DNA of 64,000 nucleotides from Selaginella moellendorffii. Taxonomy: Eukaryota; Plantae; Lycopodiophyta. Shown here piece by piece: positions 1 through 14,240 of the stretch. The stretch lies in the NCBI RefSeq assembly GCF_000143415.4, contig NW_003314294.1, forward strand, positions 1,391,812-1,455,811, read 5' to 3'. Numbering within the stretch: the stretch's first letter is position 1; the number at the start of each line of letters is the position of its first letter. The translations under genes were made by a program, and so were the position numbers. The notes under the pieces are model-generated. The model made no database searches, was not told the DNA's origin, and worked only from the letters and a program-made list of their open reading frames with translations.

Positions 1-75
1 GCTCAATCATCTCATCCTCGCTATATCATGAAGCCACGACCACCCCATATTCCCTGTATTTTCTGAGCAAAGCCA

Positions 76-738
76 CTATGGCTTCAACCTCTGATGAACT
101 GACAAACATGCCCAGAGCTGCTTCAATGTCTTCAGCATCCGGTAATAGCTCAAGAGTCTCACTATTGTTTGGCGTCTGAACCTATGATGACCAAGTACTG
201 TCCCGCCTGCCAGCTTCGATGTGGCTCGCATCCTGAAGCTATAGTCCAGAACATCCAGCGACAGAGGATGCTGACCGCCATAATAGTTGATGAGGTCCGC
301 ATAGGCTTTCAGTACAGAAACCTTGCCAACAACGATGTTGATGAAACTTTTGGCTTGGAGGTTAGCTAGATTGCTAGTTGTGGTGTTCACTCTCACAATG
401 CTTTGATTCAGGAAGTGTGTCTCTTGATCAGTTTGATGCCTGAGAAAAGGCAGCTTAGCATCTTTGGGAACACCATGTCTGTGGCTGTTCTGGATTTTGT
501 TTCCCACGATGCCAAGTGTTTGGTTTGCCGAAGCAATATTAGTTTTCTCATATCCCGTCTCTTTATGGACAGGGTGACCTGAATGACGCATGAAAAATTT
601 TCGAGGATTGGGAAGTGAGACGGTTTCTGTCCCAGCTCTTAAACTCGTGTATTGCCAGTAACGCAAGAAGCTTGTTGGATCTCCGTGCCAAGGAAGAGAG
701 AACCGTTGAGTAGAAGAGACGGTTTTGTGAATCTCCAT
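76..738 (-). CDS. Unassigned 220-aa ORF, possibly TE-derived or a decayed gene exon
   Basis: Longest ORF in an otherwise decayed region. No domain recognised. Confidence 0.25.
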   Translation of the reverse strand: MEIHKTVSSTQRFSLPWHGDPTSFLRYWQYTSLRAGTETVSLPNPRKFFMRHSGHPVHKETGYEKTNIASANQTLGIVGNKIQNSHRHGVPKDAKLPFLRHQTDQETHFLNQSIVRVNTTTSNLANLQAKSFINIVVGKVSVLKAYADLINYYGGQHPLSLDVLDYSFRMRATSKLAGGTVLGHHRFRRQTIVRLLSYYRMLKTLKQLWACLSVHQRLKP

Positions 739-1824
739 TAAAATCAGTATGGCAAGGTTGATTGAATGTTATTCAATCTTCAGTAGTGGCTTCTAAGAAT
801 CTGGAAAACAAGACAAGTGTCCAAAACAGAAGGAAAAAATAGCTTCCCTATCATTCTCATTTCTTGTACTGCATGGTGAAGTGCCCTAACCACAACTCAC
901 ACACCATGTGGAATGTATTCTCTTCACAGACATGAGAAGTCTACATAGCATGTCTTGCCACCTATAGATCCAAGTAAGTTAAGGAGGGTCATTACCCTTG
1001 ATATTGTATATGTACCGTCATTGTGACAAAGAGTTATGATAATATCTGAGCATTCAAGGATGAGGCCAGTGCGAGCCACAGATATGGCTGTTGAGAGTGC
1101 TTCCTCTTCGGGGCTAGGGTGCAGAGGGTTGAGTGCAGTGGTTTGAGGTTTGAGAGGGGTGAGGCTGAGCGTTGAGCATATGCAGAGGTGCTGAGGTTGG
1201 AGTGCTATGCTGAGTGGCTGTGTGCTCATTGCCATTTAGACTGAGATCACTAGGGGGCTGGATGCTGGGCGAGGTGTGGGCTGGGCTGAGAGTGACGCTG
1301 CATGCTGGGCTGGGACGAGGTGCTGAGATGGCGCTGTGGAGTCAGGGCTGTAGAGTCGAGGTGCTACTGTGTGTGGTGATGGAGCACTGTGCTGCTGCGC
1401 ATGAGACACTGCCATTTACATCTCTCGCTTGATCAGATATGAGTGTATCGTCAAAACACTAGGAATCTCTCTCTATAGCTCTCTCCTCTCCATCGTCTTG
1501 TCCAAGCCATAGAGATCTATCTCTACTCCCTCTCAAGGTGACACCTTGCACAAAGGGCTTTTTCTGACCACACCTCACAGGCTGTGATACACCTACAGCA
1601 GAGCAAAAGAGGAGGGAACCAAGAAGATAATTTAGAAGTTTCCATCTCTCTATCCAATCTCCAAGACCCTGTTTGCCTTAAAATAACAAATGCAGCGAGG
1701 TTATGTCTTGCCACCTCATAAATCTAATACAAGGTCATGATTTTTTATATTGTATATGTAGATCTATAATGATATCTAAACATATCCATTCATCATTCAT
1801 TATGCTTCTAGTTATCTACAATAA

Positions 1825-3043
1825 TTGAAAGTGTCAGAAGGCCTGGAAAGTGAATACCATTCAAACCACTAATAATAAGAACATACAAGAAAAAGAGAGG
1901 AAACCTGAATGAGTCAATGATAAGTATTGCTCCCTGGAGTTTTGACTTGAGATCAGTGACGTCCCGCTCTCTTAAAAAAAAACACAAATCTTTTCCAGTC
2001 CAGCACATCATTGAAAGGAAGATCGTAATGGTCTGAGAGAATCACTGGTGTGACATGAAATGAAAGGTCAGGCAAGCACATAGTAGCACTTAGAAAGACA
2101 GACCTAGCATGTATCCGTAATGTATAGAGTCGATAATACATGCACTGTTGACTTGTAGCCGCCAGGACAAATGCAAATCTTGCTCTACAAAACTGCTTCT
2201 GGTACACTAGCTCTCCAGTGGCTCTGCTCATCCAGTTATTACTGATGGCTAGAACATTGTCATCTTCCCACAGCTTGGCTAAAACCACTCGAATCTTAGA
2301 ATTTCAATGACCAGCTCAGAATTCAAGAGTTGTTCTGCACAGAGCGAGGACCAAGAATTGCATAATGACTATCAAGAGTACCTGTTTTTGACGTTGTTTC
2401 CTCCTCTAGGCAAAGCGAATGGTTGCAAAATCTGAGGCATGGAGATGTCCTTGTCCTGCTTGGGGATGAAGTCTCCATTGTATCTGGGAGAACAAACCAC
2501 ACAGATCGAGTTCTTCACCAGGTTTGCAACTTTATTTGTGGCTCTTGCCCACGGGTTACAAAGACGTGATCTGCACCATATGTTCTGGGATACTTGGCGA
2601 TCAAGCCCTGGACAATATCTGCCATCGTTTCATAAGAAATGCCCTTCATTTTGTTCCATTTTGAGGTATGATAATCAGAAGAAGAAAATGTAAACATCAT
2701 ACTTTTCCTCACATCTTGTGGCACGAAATGTGGATGAAGAAGAAATGTGCCTTGTTCAGATTTTTTGTGATGAACTTGCTCTCTCTCAGGTTTTGGAAGA
2801 AATAACCTTTGCTAGTGTTCTTGCTTGTGATTTTCCATAGTGTTTGATAGTAAGCATTTGAATCACCGTCTGGATAAATGAAAATCTTGAACCGCTTCAA
2901 CATTTACTGATAGTTCTTGAAAACGGCAAAAGAGCGGAAAACTCCCATTCCCACACCTGTCTCCTCATCAATGTCAACTTTGAGCTCTTCTCCTTGTAAT
3001 CCCGTGGCTAATTCCTGTGCACTCAAATCTTCTACATTCTCCT
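1825..3043 (-). pseudogene. Inverted, degraded copy of the 3' part of the exostosin/GT47 gene (source about 29516-30930), introns retained
   Basis: ORF 2709-2903 MLKRFKIFIYPDGDSNAYYQT...SKGYFFQNLRESKF and ORF 1953-2288 VLAKLWEDDNVLAISNN...ILSDHYDLPFNDVLDWKRF match the intact gene. Stops and frameshifts are present, and the intron sequences also align. Confidence 0.9.
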
Positions 3044-3080
3044 CATCATATCTTCAATGACTTGTCAAGGCACTAGCTCG

Positions 3081-3772
3081 ACTCTTAAGTTTTTAGCTTC
3101 AAGCGTTTCAAGTTTTCTCTCCAGTGCTTGAATATCAGAGATTTTGTCATAGGAGACCACATCCGATACTTTATGAGCATCGACTTTAGTGCAGAAGAAA
3201 GAATTACACCAAAGGTGGCATTTCCAAGTAGAGACAGGACTCTTGTTTACTCTGGAGAAGCAAAAAAGTGTCAAAGAAACCATGGATGCTTTATTGAATA
3301 CCTCTTGGACGTGCTCTGTCTTTGTAATATCTATCCTTTTGCTACCCAAAGGACTTTAGGACTTCTTAACAAATACATGGGAGGGACTCAAAAGTCACAT
3401 TGTTTTCCGTAACATTGTGAATTTCTTTAATATTGCTCGGCGCTATGAAACAGACAAGAGCTTAAAGATCCCTAAAAGAACCATTCTAAAGAACTTACTT
3501 TGTGATGGATCATTAATTCATCCAAAAATCCTCCACAACAAAAAGAGGCAATTCCTGTTCTTCGCAATGCTCATCTGGCATTGGCAGTGATTCCGGATTC
3601 TTGTTCCAGCTACTGGTGCTAGAACAATCTGAATCGTAGCTATCCTACCATGTGACTTCCTCAAAAACGGGCTGATGGATGACTGGGCATCTTGGGCACA
3701 TTCTGAGTGAGACTAAACCACTTGAGACTCCTCCTTACCTCATCTTCTCCATGGAGAGGCTGCTAGAATGCA
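3081..3772 (-). pseudogene. Inverted, degraded copy of the 5' part of the SAS-4/CENPJ gene (source about 26212-26960)
   Basis: KVSDVVSYDKISDIQALERKLETLEAKNLRV versus KVPDVISHDKIPDTEALEKKLEVLEAENLRV in the intact gene. The nucleotide match includes introns. Confidence 0.88.
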
Positions 3773-4389
3773 ACGTCTCATATTTATAATTTGGTATTCT
3801 TGCCTGCTACCATCACTCTATAATGCTTTTGTATTTGCCATTTCATCCTTCAACATCATAAAAACAGTTATATATGTAATGATAACACTATTTTCTTGGT
3901 AGTTGCAGTGGTGGCTTAAAAATTTTATATTCAATAATATTTAACATAATGTTTCCCAAGGGGTGTGAGGTCTAGGTGTACAGTTATAATACCATAGCAT
4001 AGTGGGATTTTGGTAGTGTCGGATTGGTTTTAATTCGGACTCACTTTTGTATATAAGCTAGGGTTTTTGAGCTAATGGATATGCACATTTTTTATATTCA
4101 CTTTCTATATTCCAAGCATTCACATTGGTAGAGATGAGAAGCACCTTTTATTGTCCTTAAGGAGTGCTCAAATTTGGGATTTTGGTTTAGATTTAACTTT
4201 TGTATTGTTTAGATCTAACTTTTTCCATTTCTTTTCTTTTATTCTTTCCTTTCAGGATTTTGGTTTAGATTTAATTTTTCCATTGTCTAAATTTCCTTTT
4301 CCTTCTAGTTTTTTCTCATTTCTCTTCTTTTGTTATTTCCTTTTCATTATCTTCATGGCAAAGCAACAGTCTCTTCTAACTCTAGAGCA

Positions 4390-5010
4390 ATAGTTGATGC
4401 AATTGCTTGATGCCATACAATTGCAATTGAACAACCAAACTAAGTTGATGGCAGCATTCACAGCACATGGTACAGTTCCTTCTGCTCTTGATGCTAATCC
4501 TTACATTTAGCCAGAGTTCTTTTGTGGGAATCTTGAGGATGATGTGTACTATTGGTTCAATCACTTCACGGTGATTGCCATATATCATTCTTAGGATGAT
4601 GCTCAACATTTGTGTGAGTTTCCCACGTGTCTCCAAGGGATGGTGCTGTAGTGGTACAATGGTTTGAGTGCAGCCACTCGTGGGGATTAGAGTGTTCTTT
4701 TGGACATTTTCAACTGCGCATTCGGACATGCTAACGATTGTAATGATGCCTTCCAACAATTGCATTGTCTTCGTCAAGAGTCATTTGAGTCGGTGATGCA
4801 ATTTGGCATTCGTTTCTGAAGCCTTTTGTTTCGTGTGGAGTCAAATATATCGGAGCGAATCAAACTAGAAATGTTGTGGCCAACACTTCATTAAAATTTT
4901 GTCGGACTTGTGCATGCACTTGCTCTAGCCACCCTTGATGATGCTTTTCACTTAGCACAACATGCTACATCTATCTATCATAACCACCTTGTAGATTACT
5001 AAGCTCTTTT
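4390..5010 (+). mobile_element. Decayed retrotransposon gag remnant
   Basis: The + strand reads PEFFCGNLEDDVYYWFNHF..., resembling a Ty3 gag N-terminal P-x-F-x-G...W motif, with many stops. Confidence 0.4.
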
Positions 5011-8000
5011 TCATAGGTAAACCAAGTTTATTCACCACCTTGATACTAAAAAAGTTATATGTAACACTTGGATTGAAAGGAATATTACCCAGACTACCCT
5101 AAATATCCATTTTTTGCCGCCATAAATTGATTGCACATAGAACTATTGAGTTCTATAGAGTTAATAACTTTCACCATACTACAGTAGACACCTAAGTTGT
5201 ATCCACAATGGATTCCACCATATTCACTTTAACATTCTTTAATCCTTTTATGAGAGGATAATATTTGACTTAATATCTAGCCTTTTGGTAACAAAAATAA
5301 TTGCCCTTTACTTTGTTTTCCTCCCATTGGTCTAAATGAAGCTTCTTTTTCGTTCTTTGAGCCACAATGCAGCAATAATTATTTCTTAAAGCATTGGTTG
5401 GTTAGTCATTATGTTGACTACCCTGTAGACCATTTTATTGACTAAAGTTGACCAAGTTGACTAGCAATTTTGGCAAAAGGATCTAAGTATTAGTGATAGC
5501 ATTAGTTGTTCCTAGAAAATCCTTTTTAACCTTCTGCTATGAATTTACTAAGTTTAAACTTTTGATAAAATATTGCATCTTTAACAACTCAATATAGGTG
5601 CTTGTGAGACTAAGGTAAATATTATAGAACTTGCAAGCATATGCATCCAAAAACAAAATGCCTTACCTAATATAAAGATCAACCTCTTTAAACTTTTTGA
5701 CAAATGAAGCACAAAAAACCTTTGTCAAATCACTTCAAGAAATTGGCTTCTAATTAGTTTTGATATAGTTCTTTCACCATGAAGAAGCATAACTTATAAC
5801 TTCATCACAAAAAAAATCAATCTTCACTTTATCTTTATAAGGGTTATGAAATTAACAACTTTCCTATGATTCCAATTAACAATCAACCTCTTAACTATCA
5901 TAAACAAAGATTTTCATTCCATAATACCATAATCCTTTACATGTTTGACATACTAATGGTAATCATAGACATAAGATTGATTCAACCCTTGAGGGTCTAT
6001 GCAAAGCAAGAAATCCTGATTAATAGAATCCTTAACTTCCTTAATGTCATTCTAAACTTCAGTAATTTAGGATTTTTACTGCACGACAACATCATCAAGA
6101 GTCTCTTCCTCCTCATCATAGCCCTCATCATGAACACCATACTCATCAAGATCTATTATCCTACTCATCTGCCATCCTCAAAAGAATATGCTACTTTGGT
6201 ACCCATGAAACAAACAAGGAGAAAAACCTAAGCCAACTTCCCAACCATAAAATATTCTTAGAATATTCATATGGTTCTTGTCATTGGAACTTTAAAACTA
6301 AACCTTAAATTCTTGAAAATAAAAAAAAATCTTATCCTACCCCTTAAAGCTTACTGTTCCATTCCTCCAATCCATAGAATGGAAGCCATTGTGTAGGTAG
6401 AGAGAATGCTATAAACCCTAAAGAAAGGTCCAAGTTGATATAATTTATCATTCTTATAAACATAATTTATTATGTAATAAATTATAATTTATCATTAGTT
6501 TACATTTTTTGTCATATGGTATATTAAATTTTTCATCTAGATATGATTTGTTATTTAGATATAAATCGATATAGTTATGTTGATATAGAATTTATTATAA
6601 AGTAGAACAACAATTTGTCATATCAAGTTTGTATAGAGTGGGAAAAAATAATTATAAATTATAAAGGCAGGAAACTAGTTTAAAAATTAGCTTCTAGAAT
6701 TTGGAGAATTGAAATAAGGGTTGCATTAAGTTAATGGTACACTAATATTTACAGAGGGTTGCATAAATTTAACAGTATACTTGCAATATAGTTGATTTCT
6801 CATAGAAAAGACTTCATAGTGAGATCTGTTGCAAAGTTGCATTCCAAACTCCCTACCATAACTGAAGAAATCATCTGCATGCTAAGGGATTTGAGAGCTG
6901 ACAAAAATTCACAACTTGCATATTGAATGTTTTCATTCATTCATTCATTAACTGTTTATAGGGTCCTATGGTGCCCACCAAGAAGCGTGAGACCAATGGA
7001 TTATAGTGTAGTGCACCTGAATTTGGAGCTAAACTCCAAGTCTATTGTGCTATAAAACAAGGGTCCAGTACAATCTTACGATCACTAGCTCCCTATATCT
7101 AGCACTTGCACGCAAAATAGTGTCAAATGGTATCTGGCACAATTTTGGCATATCGATGGCCTAACGTGAGGAGGAGGGTACCCCACTAACTAGAGCAGCA
7201 TGGAACTTAGACTTAAACCTAAGCTAGACTTAGAACAAAAAGCGATAGCGATAGTCAAACTTGCATTCTAAGCACTATCCTTACTATACATTTGAAACCC
7301 CCCATAGCCAGCCCCCCCCACCCCACCCCACCCATGAGGAACACATGCTTTAGGCATCCCCATGGTTATGGATTGAATCGATGCACCAAAGTGCCAAAGT
7401 CAGTCTACTAAAACTAACCCAAGTATTAACAAACAAGAGAAACAAAACTTGGATTTATAGAAATATATTACTTTATTGATTTGCAAGATTTATTACAAGA
7501 TTTACAAAAGCTAATCTTTATTACTAATCTCATATGCCATGCCAAGCTCACGAGCATGTGTAAGATTACTAAGAGATTCCTAAGTCAATTCATAAATTGG
7601 GTAACCTTTCCACTTAATTAGATACTTTCAACATTTGGCACGTTTAAGCCAGCATGTACCCAAAATAGCTTCCACTTCATATTTAAGTTCACCATCCACA
7701 ACTTCTGGTAGTGGACGAATCTCCACTTGATGTGCATCATCCATAATGTAAGGAGCCAATAAATTGGCATGAAATACATTATGAACATTGGACATTTCCG
7801 CAGGAAGATTCAACTAATAGGATACATTACCAATGCATTTCAACACCCAATAGGGTCCAACATATCTCAATAACAGCTTCGAGACAAAATTCACTTCATG
7901 TTCAAGTTCTGGGAAGATAGCCACACCTGATCTCCCACTTGATAGGATACATCCTGATGATGTTGATCCTTATCACGTTGATACCTATTTTGAGCTTTGC

Positions 8001-11000
8001 CCATCGCCTTAGTAGCTCTAGACCAACTTTGGCGTAGTTGCTCCGCATAAGTCTGAACGGTCGAGACCAACACTTCAAACATTGGTTTCGGTATAACAAT
8101 CTGTTGAGGAACCCCACGAGCATTCCCTTGCAGCATCTCCCATGGAGAACAACTAATAGTGCTGTGAAATGTGTTGTTATAACAGATTTCTACTGTGTCC
8201 AAATGCTCAACCCAGTCGCGTTGCTCTGCTGCAACATAGTATTGTAGATAATCCTCAACTTGAGCATTCACACGTTTGGTTTACCCATTAATTTAAGGAT
8301 GATAAGCCATACTACGTAGTTGGAACAATGTGCCCCAAAACTTCCCCGTAAATCTTGAATCTCTATTCGAGATCATCTCTTCGGGAAGACCATGAACCCA
8401 CATGGGAAAAGAGCTTTGCTGCTTGCTTCATATTCACTGTTTCCACAGTGGGAATGAAGTGTGCAATCTTTGACAACTGATTCACAACCACTATCAAAGT
8501 ATCATAACCCGTAGACTTTGGCAAGCAAGTGACAAAATCAAGTGTCACACTTTGAAATGGCCATGCTAGTGCTGGAAGGCACTGCAACTTTCTAGCCTGC
8601 TTCTCAGTTCTGCGCTTATATTGTTGGTATATAAGGCAGGAACAGACATAGTCCGCTACATCACCTTCCATACCAAACCAGAAAAATTCCTTTTTCAATG
8701 AAGCCAGAGTCTTTCGCTTTCCACCATGTCTCGCTGCCAAAACATCATGATGTTCCCGTAGAAACAATTGTTGCAGATCCTTAGAGGGAAGATACATTCT
8801 TTCTTGCTTATAGAATATAAGCCCATCTCGAACTAAAAAGTGAAGTTTCGCATTGGTGCAGCTAGCAACTTTTGCTACTTTGCTACCAGAGTTCTGCTTT
8901 GACAACTCCACATGGTGTAAGATTGCCTTCGCCAACAGATCACTTCCATATGAAGCCCAAACGTCCTCCAACCAATCCAAACTGATTGCTAATATTGTAT
9001 GAAACTGAGCCTAATGACTCAATGCATCCGGAACAATATTGTCTTTACTAGGTTTATATATGATTTCAATATCATATCTAGCAAGCTTCTCTTGCCAACG
9101 AGCCTGCTTCGGCATAAGCTTCGGCATAAGTAGCAAAGTATTTTAGTATGTTAATATCTGTATAAACCTTGGTATGTCCACCCAAGTAGTGTCTCTAGTG
9201 TTCTAGTGCCAACACTATAGCAAACATTTCTTTCTCATGCATTGGCTATCTTCGTTGGGTTTCATCCAATTTCTTAGAATAGAATGCAACAGGACAACTA
9301 TATCGCCTTAGCATAACACCAACCGCTTTGTCACAATCTTGCTGCAACATGGCACCAATAGCGTAGCTAAATGCATCACAATGCACTTCGAAGGGTTTAT
9401 CAAGATCTGGGATCCTGAGAATAGGAACAGTAGTCAAAATCTCCTTCAATCGTATAAAAGTATGATGACAAGTTGGTGTCCAATAAAACGGTATACTACT
9501 TCTTTGTCAACTCAGTTAACAGAAGAGCAATTCTTGCAAAATTGTGGACAAACTTGCAATAACATTTTATTAAACTGAGAAAGGAAGGAACATTTGATAT
9601 AGTGGTCAGGACTTCCTAAGACTTCACCACTTCCACCTTCTTTGAATCTACCTCAATTACACCACCACCAACTATATGTCCAAGAAAGTTTATGCACAAT
9701 TATCCGAAAACACATTTACTTTCCTTAGCATACAGTTTGTGTTTATGGCTAGGAGGTAGCCTTGGAGGCAAATCCTTCGGGAAGATATCCTGATTCTACG
9801 CCAACAACTCAAATATCTTCTTTGGTACAGGATCAACTTTGTCACCAATTTGAACTAAGCCACCTACATCTTTAGCTTCCATCACTTGAACCCAAAAGGT
9901 TCGACATCCCTTCTTAGCTGCTTTTTAAGTGACTCTCGCAGTCAAGAATTTAGCATCCCAATCCTTTGAGGAATGCTTTTGCAACTGGAAGGACACATCG
10001 GGATGTCTTTCTAACTTCAACATGATACAACTTTGTCTAGCACCATAAATCCCTTTAATATATTTGTTGAAGAAATCTATACCAAACACTATATGAAAAA
10101 TTGGTATCTTCAACACTACCAAGTCCACTCTTTCTTTCCACTTGGATATTTTTATTGGAACATCACTCACGAATTTTCTAGCTACTTGCCCACCTTCCGC
10201 AAACCAGAAGTGTATGGGCAATAGTTGCTTAGCATTCAATCCTAACAACTTCGGATATCACATTGTGTTTAGCTCCTATATCAATCATCACTCGGATTCA
10301 ATTTCCGTAGACAAAGCTTACTAGATACATTAACAGATTAGTGTTTGCATTAACTACAAGAAAAACTTGAGGAAAGCAACGAAAGTAATTCACCTCCTCT
10401 TCCTCATAATTTGCATTGACCAACTCATCAACCAATTCAACTTCACCACCACCATCTTCCCTCATGACATTAATACGAGACTTTGTCTTATGCTTGTTGG
10501 GACATTCTGAGGACCTATGTCCTGACTCTTCACAATAGAAGCAATGACCTACACTACCCATTTCACTAGGAGCAGGTTTTGTAGGTTGCTGTTGCTTCTA
10601 CCCACCAGGAGGAGGAACAAAGGGCCTAGGATCAGAAGTAGCTACTAGTGGTCTCCAACCACCACCACCTTTGTTAATTGTTGCTTGTGAGCCTCCAGGG
10701 TGGAACCTTCTTTCCACCCTTTGTTTCTAATCACCTTGTTTATCCTAGAATTTTTATTCTTGTCCGAGGTACTAGCATACAGTTGTTGATATTGTTCCAT
10801 GAGTAAGTGACTAAAGGCAACTTACTGTGCTACCTCCTTACACTCTAGGTACGTCTTCAGTTTAAACTTCAAAATTTCATTTCGAGAAAGTGAAATTAAA
10901 CCCTCTAGGAAATAACTTTGAGCATCTTCGTCACTCATATTTGCAATCATAATGCACTTTTGAGCAAATGCATTAATGTAATACATAAGGTCCTCTTGCT

Positions 11001-11159
11001 GTTTTAACCGTCGCAGCTCTATATGAAATCTCAAACCAAGATCATCTAACAAGTATTCCTTATGGATACAAGACTGCATTTTGGTCCAACTTTTAGTTTG
11101 CCCTTTTTCAGCACACACCTGGCGCCACCAAGTTTTGGCATGATCGGTGAGAAAGGATT

Positions 11160-13020
11160 GCACATACGCAACTTTTGTACGATCATTTATGTCTGCCATT
11201 ATGAAATAATTTTCCATATCGTAGACCCAATCTTCCAAAACTTAATAGTCCTGCATGCCTCTGAAATTAGGTGGTTTTAGAGGCTTGAACTTTAAAACTC
11301 ATGCAACCGGGGGTGGTTGCAAAACTTCATCGTCCTCAAAACTTGAAGAAGAGTTTGGTTGCTTAGGTTTAGTTGGTTTAGTTGGTTTAGCTTTTTTCTT
11401 CCTCTTTTTGTTCTCCTTCTTCAATTTGCGAATTTCCCTTTGCAAATTTTCAATCTCAACTTCCTAAGCCATACACTGTAGTACTGTAGCATCTGGCTCT
11501 TTCTCTTCTGACTTAACCTCAACCTCTTCTACAGCATCTCTAGCAAGGGTTTCCTCCTCTCAATTTGCCCATCTAGAGGTTTCAGCATCATCAACATGGT
11601 TCCTTTTCACCATCCTGCTAGCTACATATATGCCTCTATGAGTAACTGAACATGCATACAACATTCTTACCGAATGGTGCAATCAACTTAATCCTATACA
11701 GGTCACTTCATATCTACTAGAAAAGTCTCAGCGTATGCAACTTGAGTCAGAAAATCTGACAAAAGTTGGATAAAAATTGCTAAGAAAATTCCTCTAATAC
11801 CAAATGTAGTGCATTTGAATTTCAAGCTAAATTCCAAGCCCATTGCACTATGAAACAAAGGTCCTATACAATCCCATGAGCACTAGCTCCCCATATCTAG
11901 CACTTGCACGCAAAATGGTGTCAAATGATGTTTGGCACAATTTTGGCATACCGGTGGCCTAACACAAAGAGGAGGGTACTCCACCAACTAGAGCAGCATA
12001 GAACTTGGGCTTAGACCCAAACTGGATGCAAAACAAAGAGTGACACAGCTTAGTGGGAGTTTCCAACCACTATCCCTACTATAAATTTGGAATCCCCATT
12101 GTGCACACGCAACTTTCGTACGATCATGTATGTCTACCGCTATGAAATAGTTTTCCATATTGTAGACCCAGTCTTCCAAAACCTAATATTCACGCATACC
12201 TCTAAAATTGGGTGGTTTCGGAGGCTTGAACTTTGAAACTCGTGCACCGGGGGTAGTTACAAAACTTTATCATCCTCAAAACTTGAAGAGGAGTTTGGTT
12301 GCTCAGGTTTAGTTGGTTTAGCTGCTTCAGCTTCTTTCTTCCTTTTCTTGTTCTCTTTTTTCAATTTGTGAACTTCTCTTTATAAATTCTCAATCTCAAC
12401 TTCCTAAACCGTATGCTATAGTGCTTTAGCATCTGGCTCTTCCTCTTTTGACTCAACCTTAGCCTCTTCCACAGCATCTCTGGCAAAAGTTTCCTCCTCT
12501 TGATTCGCCCATCTAGAGGTCTCAACATCATCAACATGGTTCCATTTCACCATCCTGCTAGTTGTATGCATGCCTCTATGAGTAACTAAACATGCATACA
12601 ACATTCTTATCGAACGGTGCAATCCAATTAATCCTACACAAGTCACTTTAGATCTACTAGAAAAGTCTCTGTTTATGCAACTTGAGTTAGAAAATCTGAC
12701 AAAAGTTGGATAGAAATCACTGAGAAAATTCTTCTAATACCAAATGTAGTGCATCTAAATTTCGAGCCGAACTCCAAGCCCGTTGCACTATGAAACAAGG
12801 TTTTGGTATAATTCCATGAGCACCAGCTCTCCGTATCTAGCACCTGCATGCAAAATGGTGTCAAACAGTGTCTGGCACAATTTCAGCATACTAGTGGCCT
12901 AACACAAAGAGGAGGGTACCCCACTAACTATAGCAGTATGGAGCTTGGGCTTAGACCCAAACTGGATGCAAAATAAAGAGCGACACAGCCCAACAGGAGC
13001 TTCCAACCACTATTGCGCCC
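11160..13020 (-). repeat. Diverged tandem duplication (about 940 bp unit) of partial LTR + PBS + gag 5' end
   Basis: 11160-12100 aligns to 12100-13020. Two EDWVY(D/N)MENYF gag segments and two PBS. Confidence 0.85.
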
Positions 13021-13310
13021 CCTAATACCAAATGTAGTGCATCTAAATTTCGAGCCGAACTCCAAGCCCGTTGCACTATGAAACAAGGTTTTGGTATAAT
13101 TCCATGAGCACCAGCTCTCCGTATCTAGCACCTGCATGCAAAATGGTGTCAAACAGTGTCTGGCACAATTTCAGCATACTAGTGGCCTAACACAAAGAGG
13201 AGGGTACCCCACTAACTATAGCAGTATGGAGCTTGGGCTTAGACCCAAACTGGATGCAAAATAAAGAGCGACACAGCCCAACAGGAGCTTCCAACCACTA
13301 TCGCGCCCCC
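12734..13310. repeat. Near-identical 288-bp tandem copy of an LTR segment beside the gap
   Basis: 12734-13015 recurs at 13022-13303 (offset 288). ORFs 12673-12864 and 12928-13152 start with the same MTPFCMQVLDTESW sequence. Confidence 0.85.
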
Positions 13311-13320
13311 CCCCCCCCCC

Positions 13321-14240
13321 NNNNNNNNNNNNNNNNNNNNNNNNNNNNNNNNNNNNNNNNNNNNNNNNNNNNNNNNNNNNNNNNNNNNNNNNNNNNNNNN
13401 NNNNNNNNNNNNNNNNNNNNNNNNNNNNNNNNNNNNNNNNNNNNNNNNNNNNNNNNNNNNNNNNNNNNNNNNNNNNNNNNNNNNNNNNNNNNNNNNNNNN
13501 NNNNNNNNNNNNNNNNNNNNNNNNNNNNNNNNNNNNNNNNNNNNNNNNNNNNNNNNNNNNNNNNNNNNNNNNNNNNNNNNNNNNNNNNNNNNNNNNNNNN
13601 NNNNNNNNNNNNNNNNNNNNNNNNNNNNNNNNNNNNNNNNNNNNNNNNNNNNNNNNNNNNNNNNNNNNNNNNNNNNNNNNNNNNNNNNNNNNNNNNNNNN
13701 NNNNNNNNNNNNNNNNNNNNNNNNNNNNNNNNNNNNNNNNNNNNNNNNNNNNNNNNNNNNNNNNNNNNNNNNNNNNNNNNNNNNNNNNNNNNNNNNNNNN
13801 NNNNNNNNNNNNNNNNNNNNNNNNNNNNNNNNNNNNNNNNNNNNNNNNNNNNNNNNNNNNNNNNNNNNNNNNNNNNNNNNNNNNNNNNNNNNNNNNNNNN
13901 NNNNNNNNNNNNNNNNNNNNNNNNNNNNNNNNNNNNNNNNNNNNNNNNNNNNNNNNNNNNNNNNNNNNNNNNNNNNNNNNNNNNNNNNNNNNNNNNNNNN
14001 NNNNNNNNNNNNNNNNNNNNNNNNNNNNNNNNNNNNNNNNNNNNNNNNNNNNNNNNNNNNNNNNNNNNNNNNNNNNNNNNNNNNNNNNNNNNNNNNNNNN
14101 NNNNNNNNNNNNNNNNNNNNNNNNNNNNNNNNNNNNNNNNNNNNNNNNNNNNNNNNNNNNNNNNNNNNNNNNNNNNNNNNNNNNNNNNNNNNNNNNNNNN
14201 NNNNNNNNNNNNNNNNNNNNNNNNNNNNNNNNNNNNNNNN
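13321..14240. other. Assembly gap (920 N)
   Basis: Run of N flanked by a poly-C tract. Confidence 1.
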
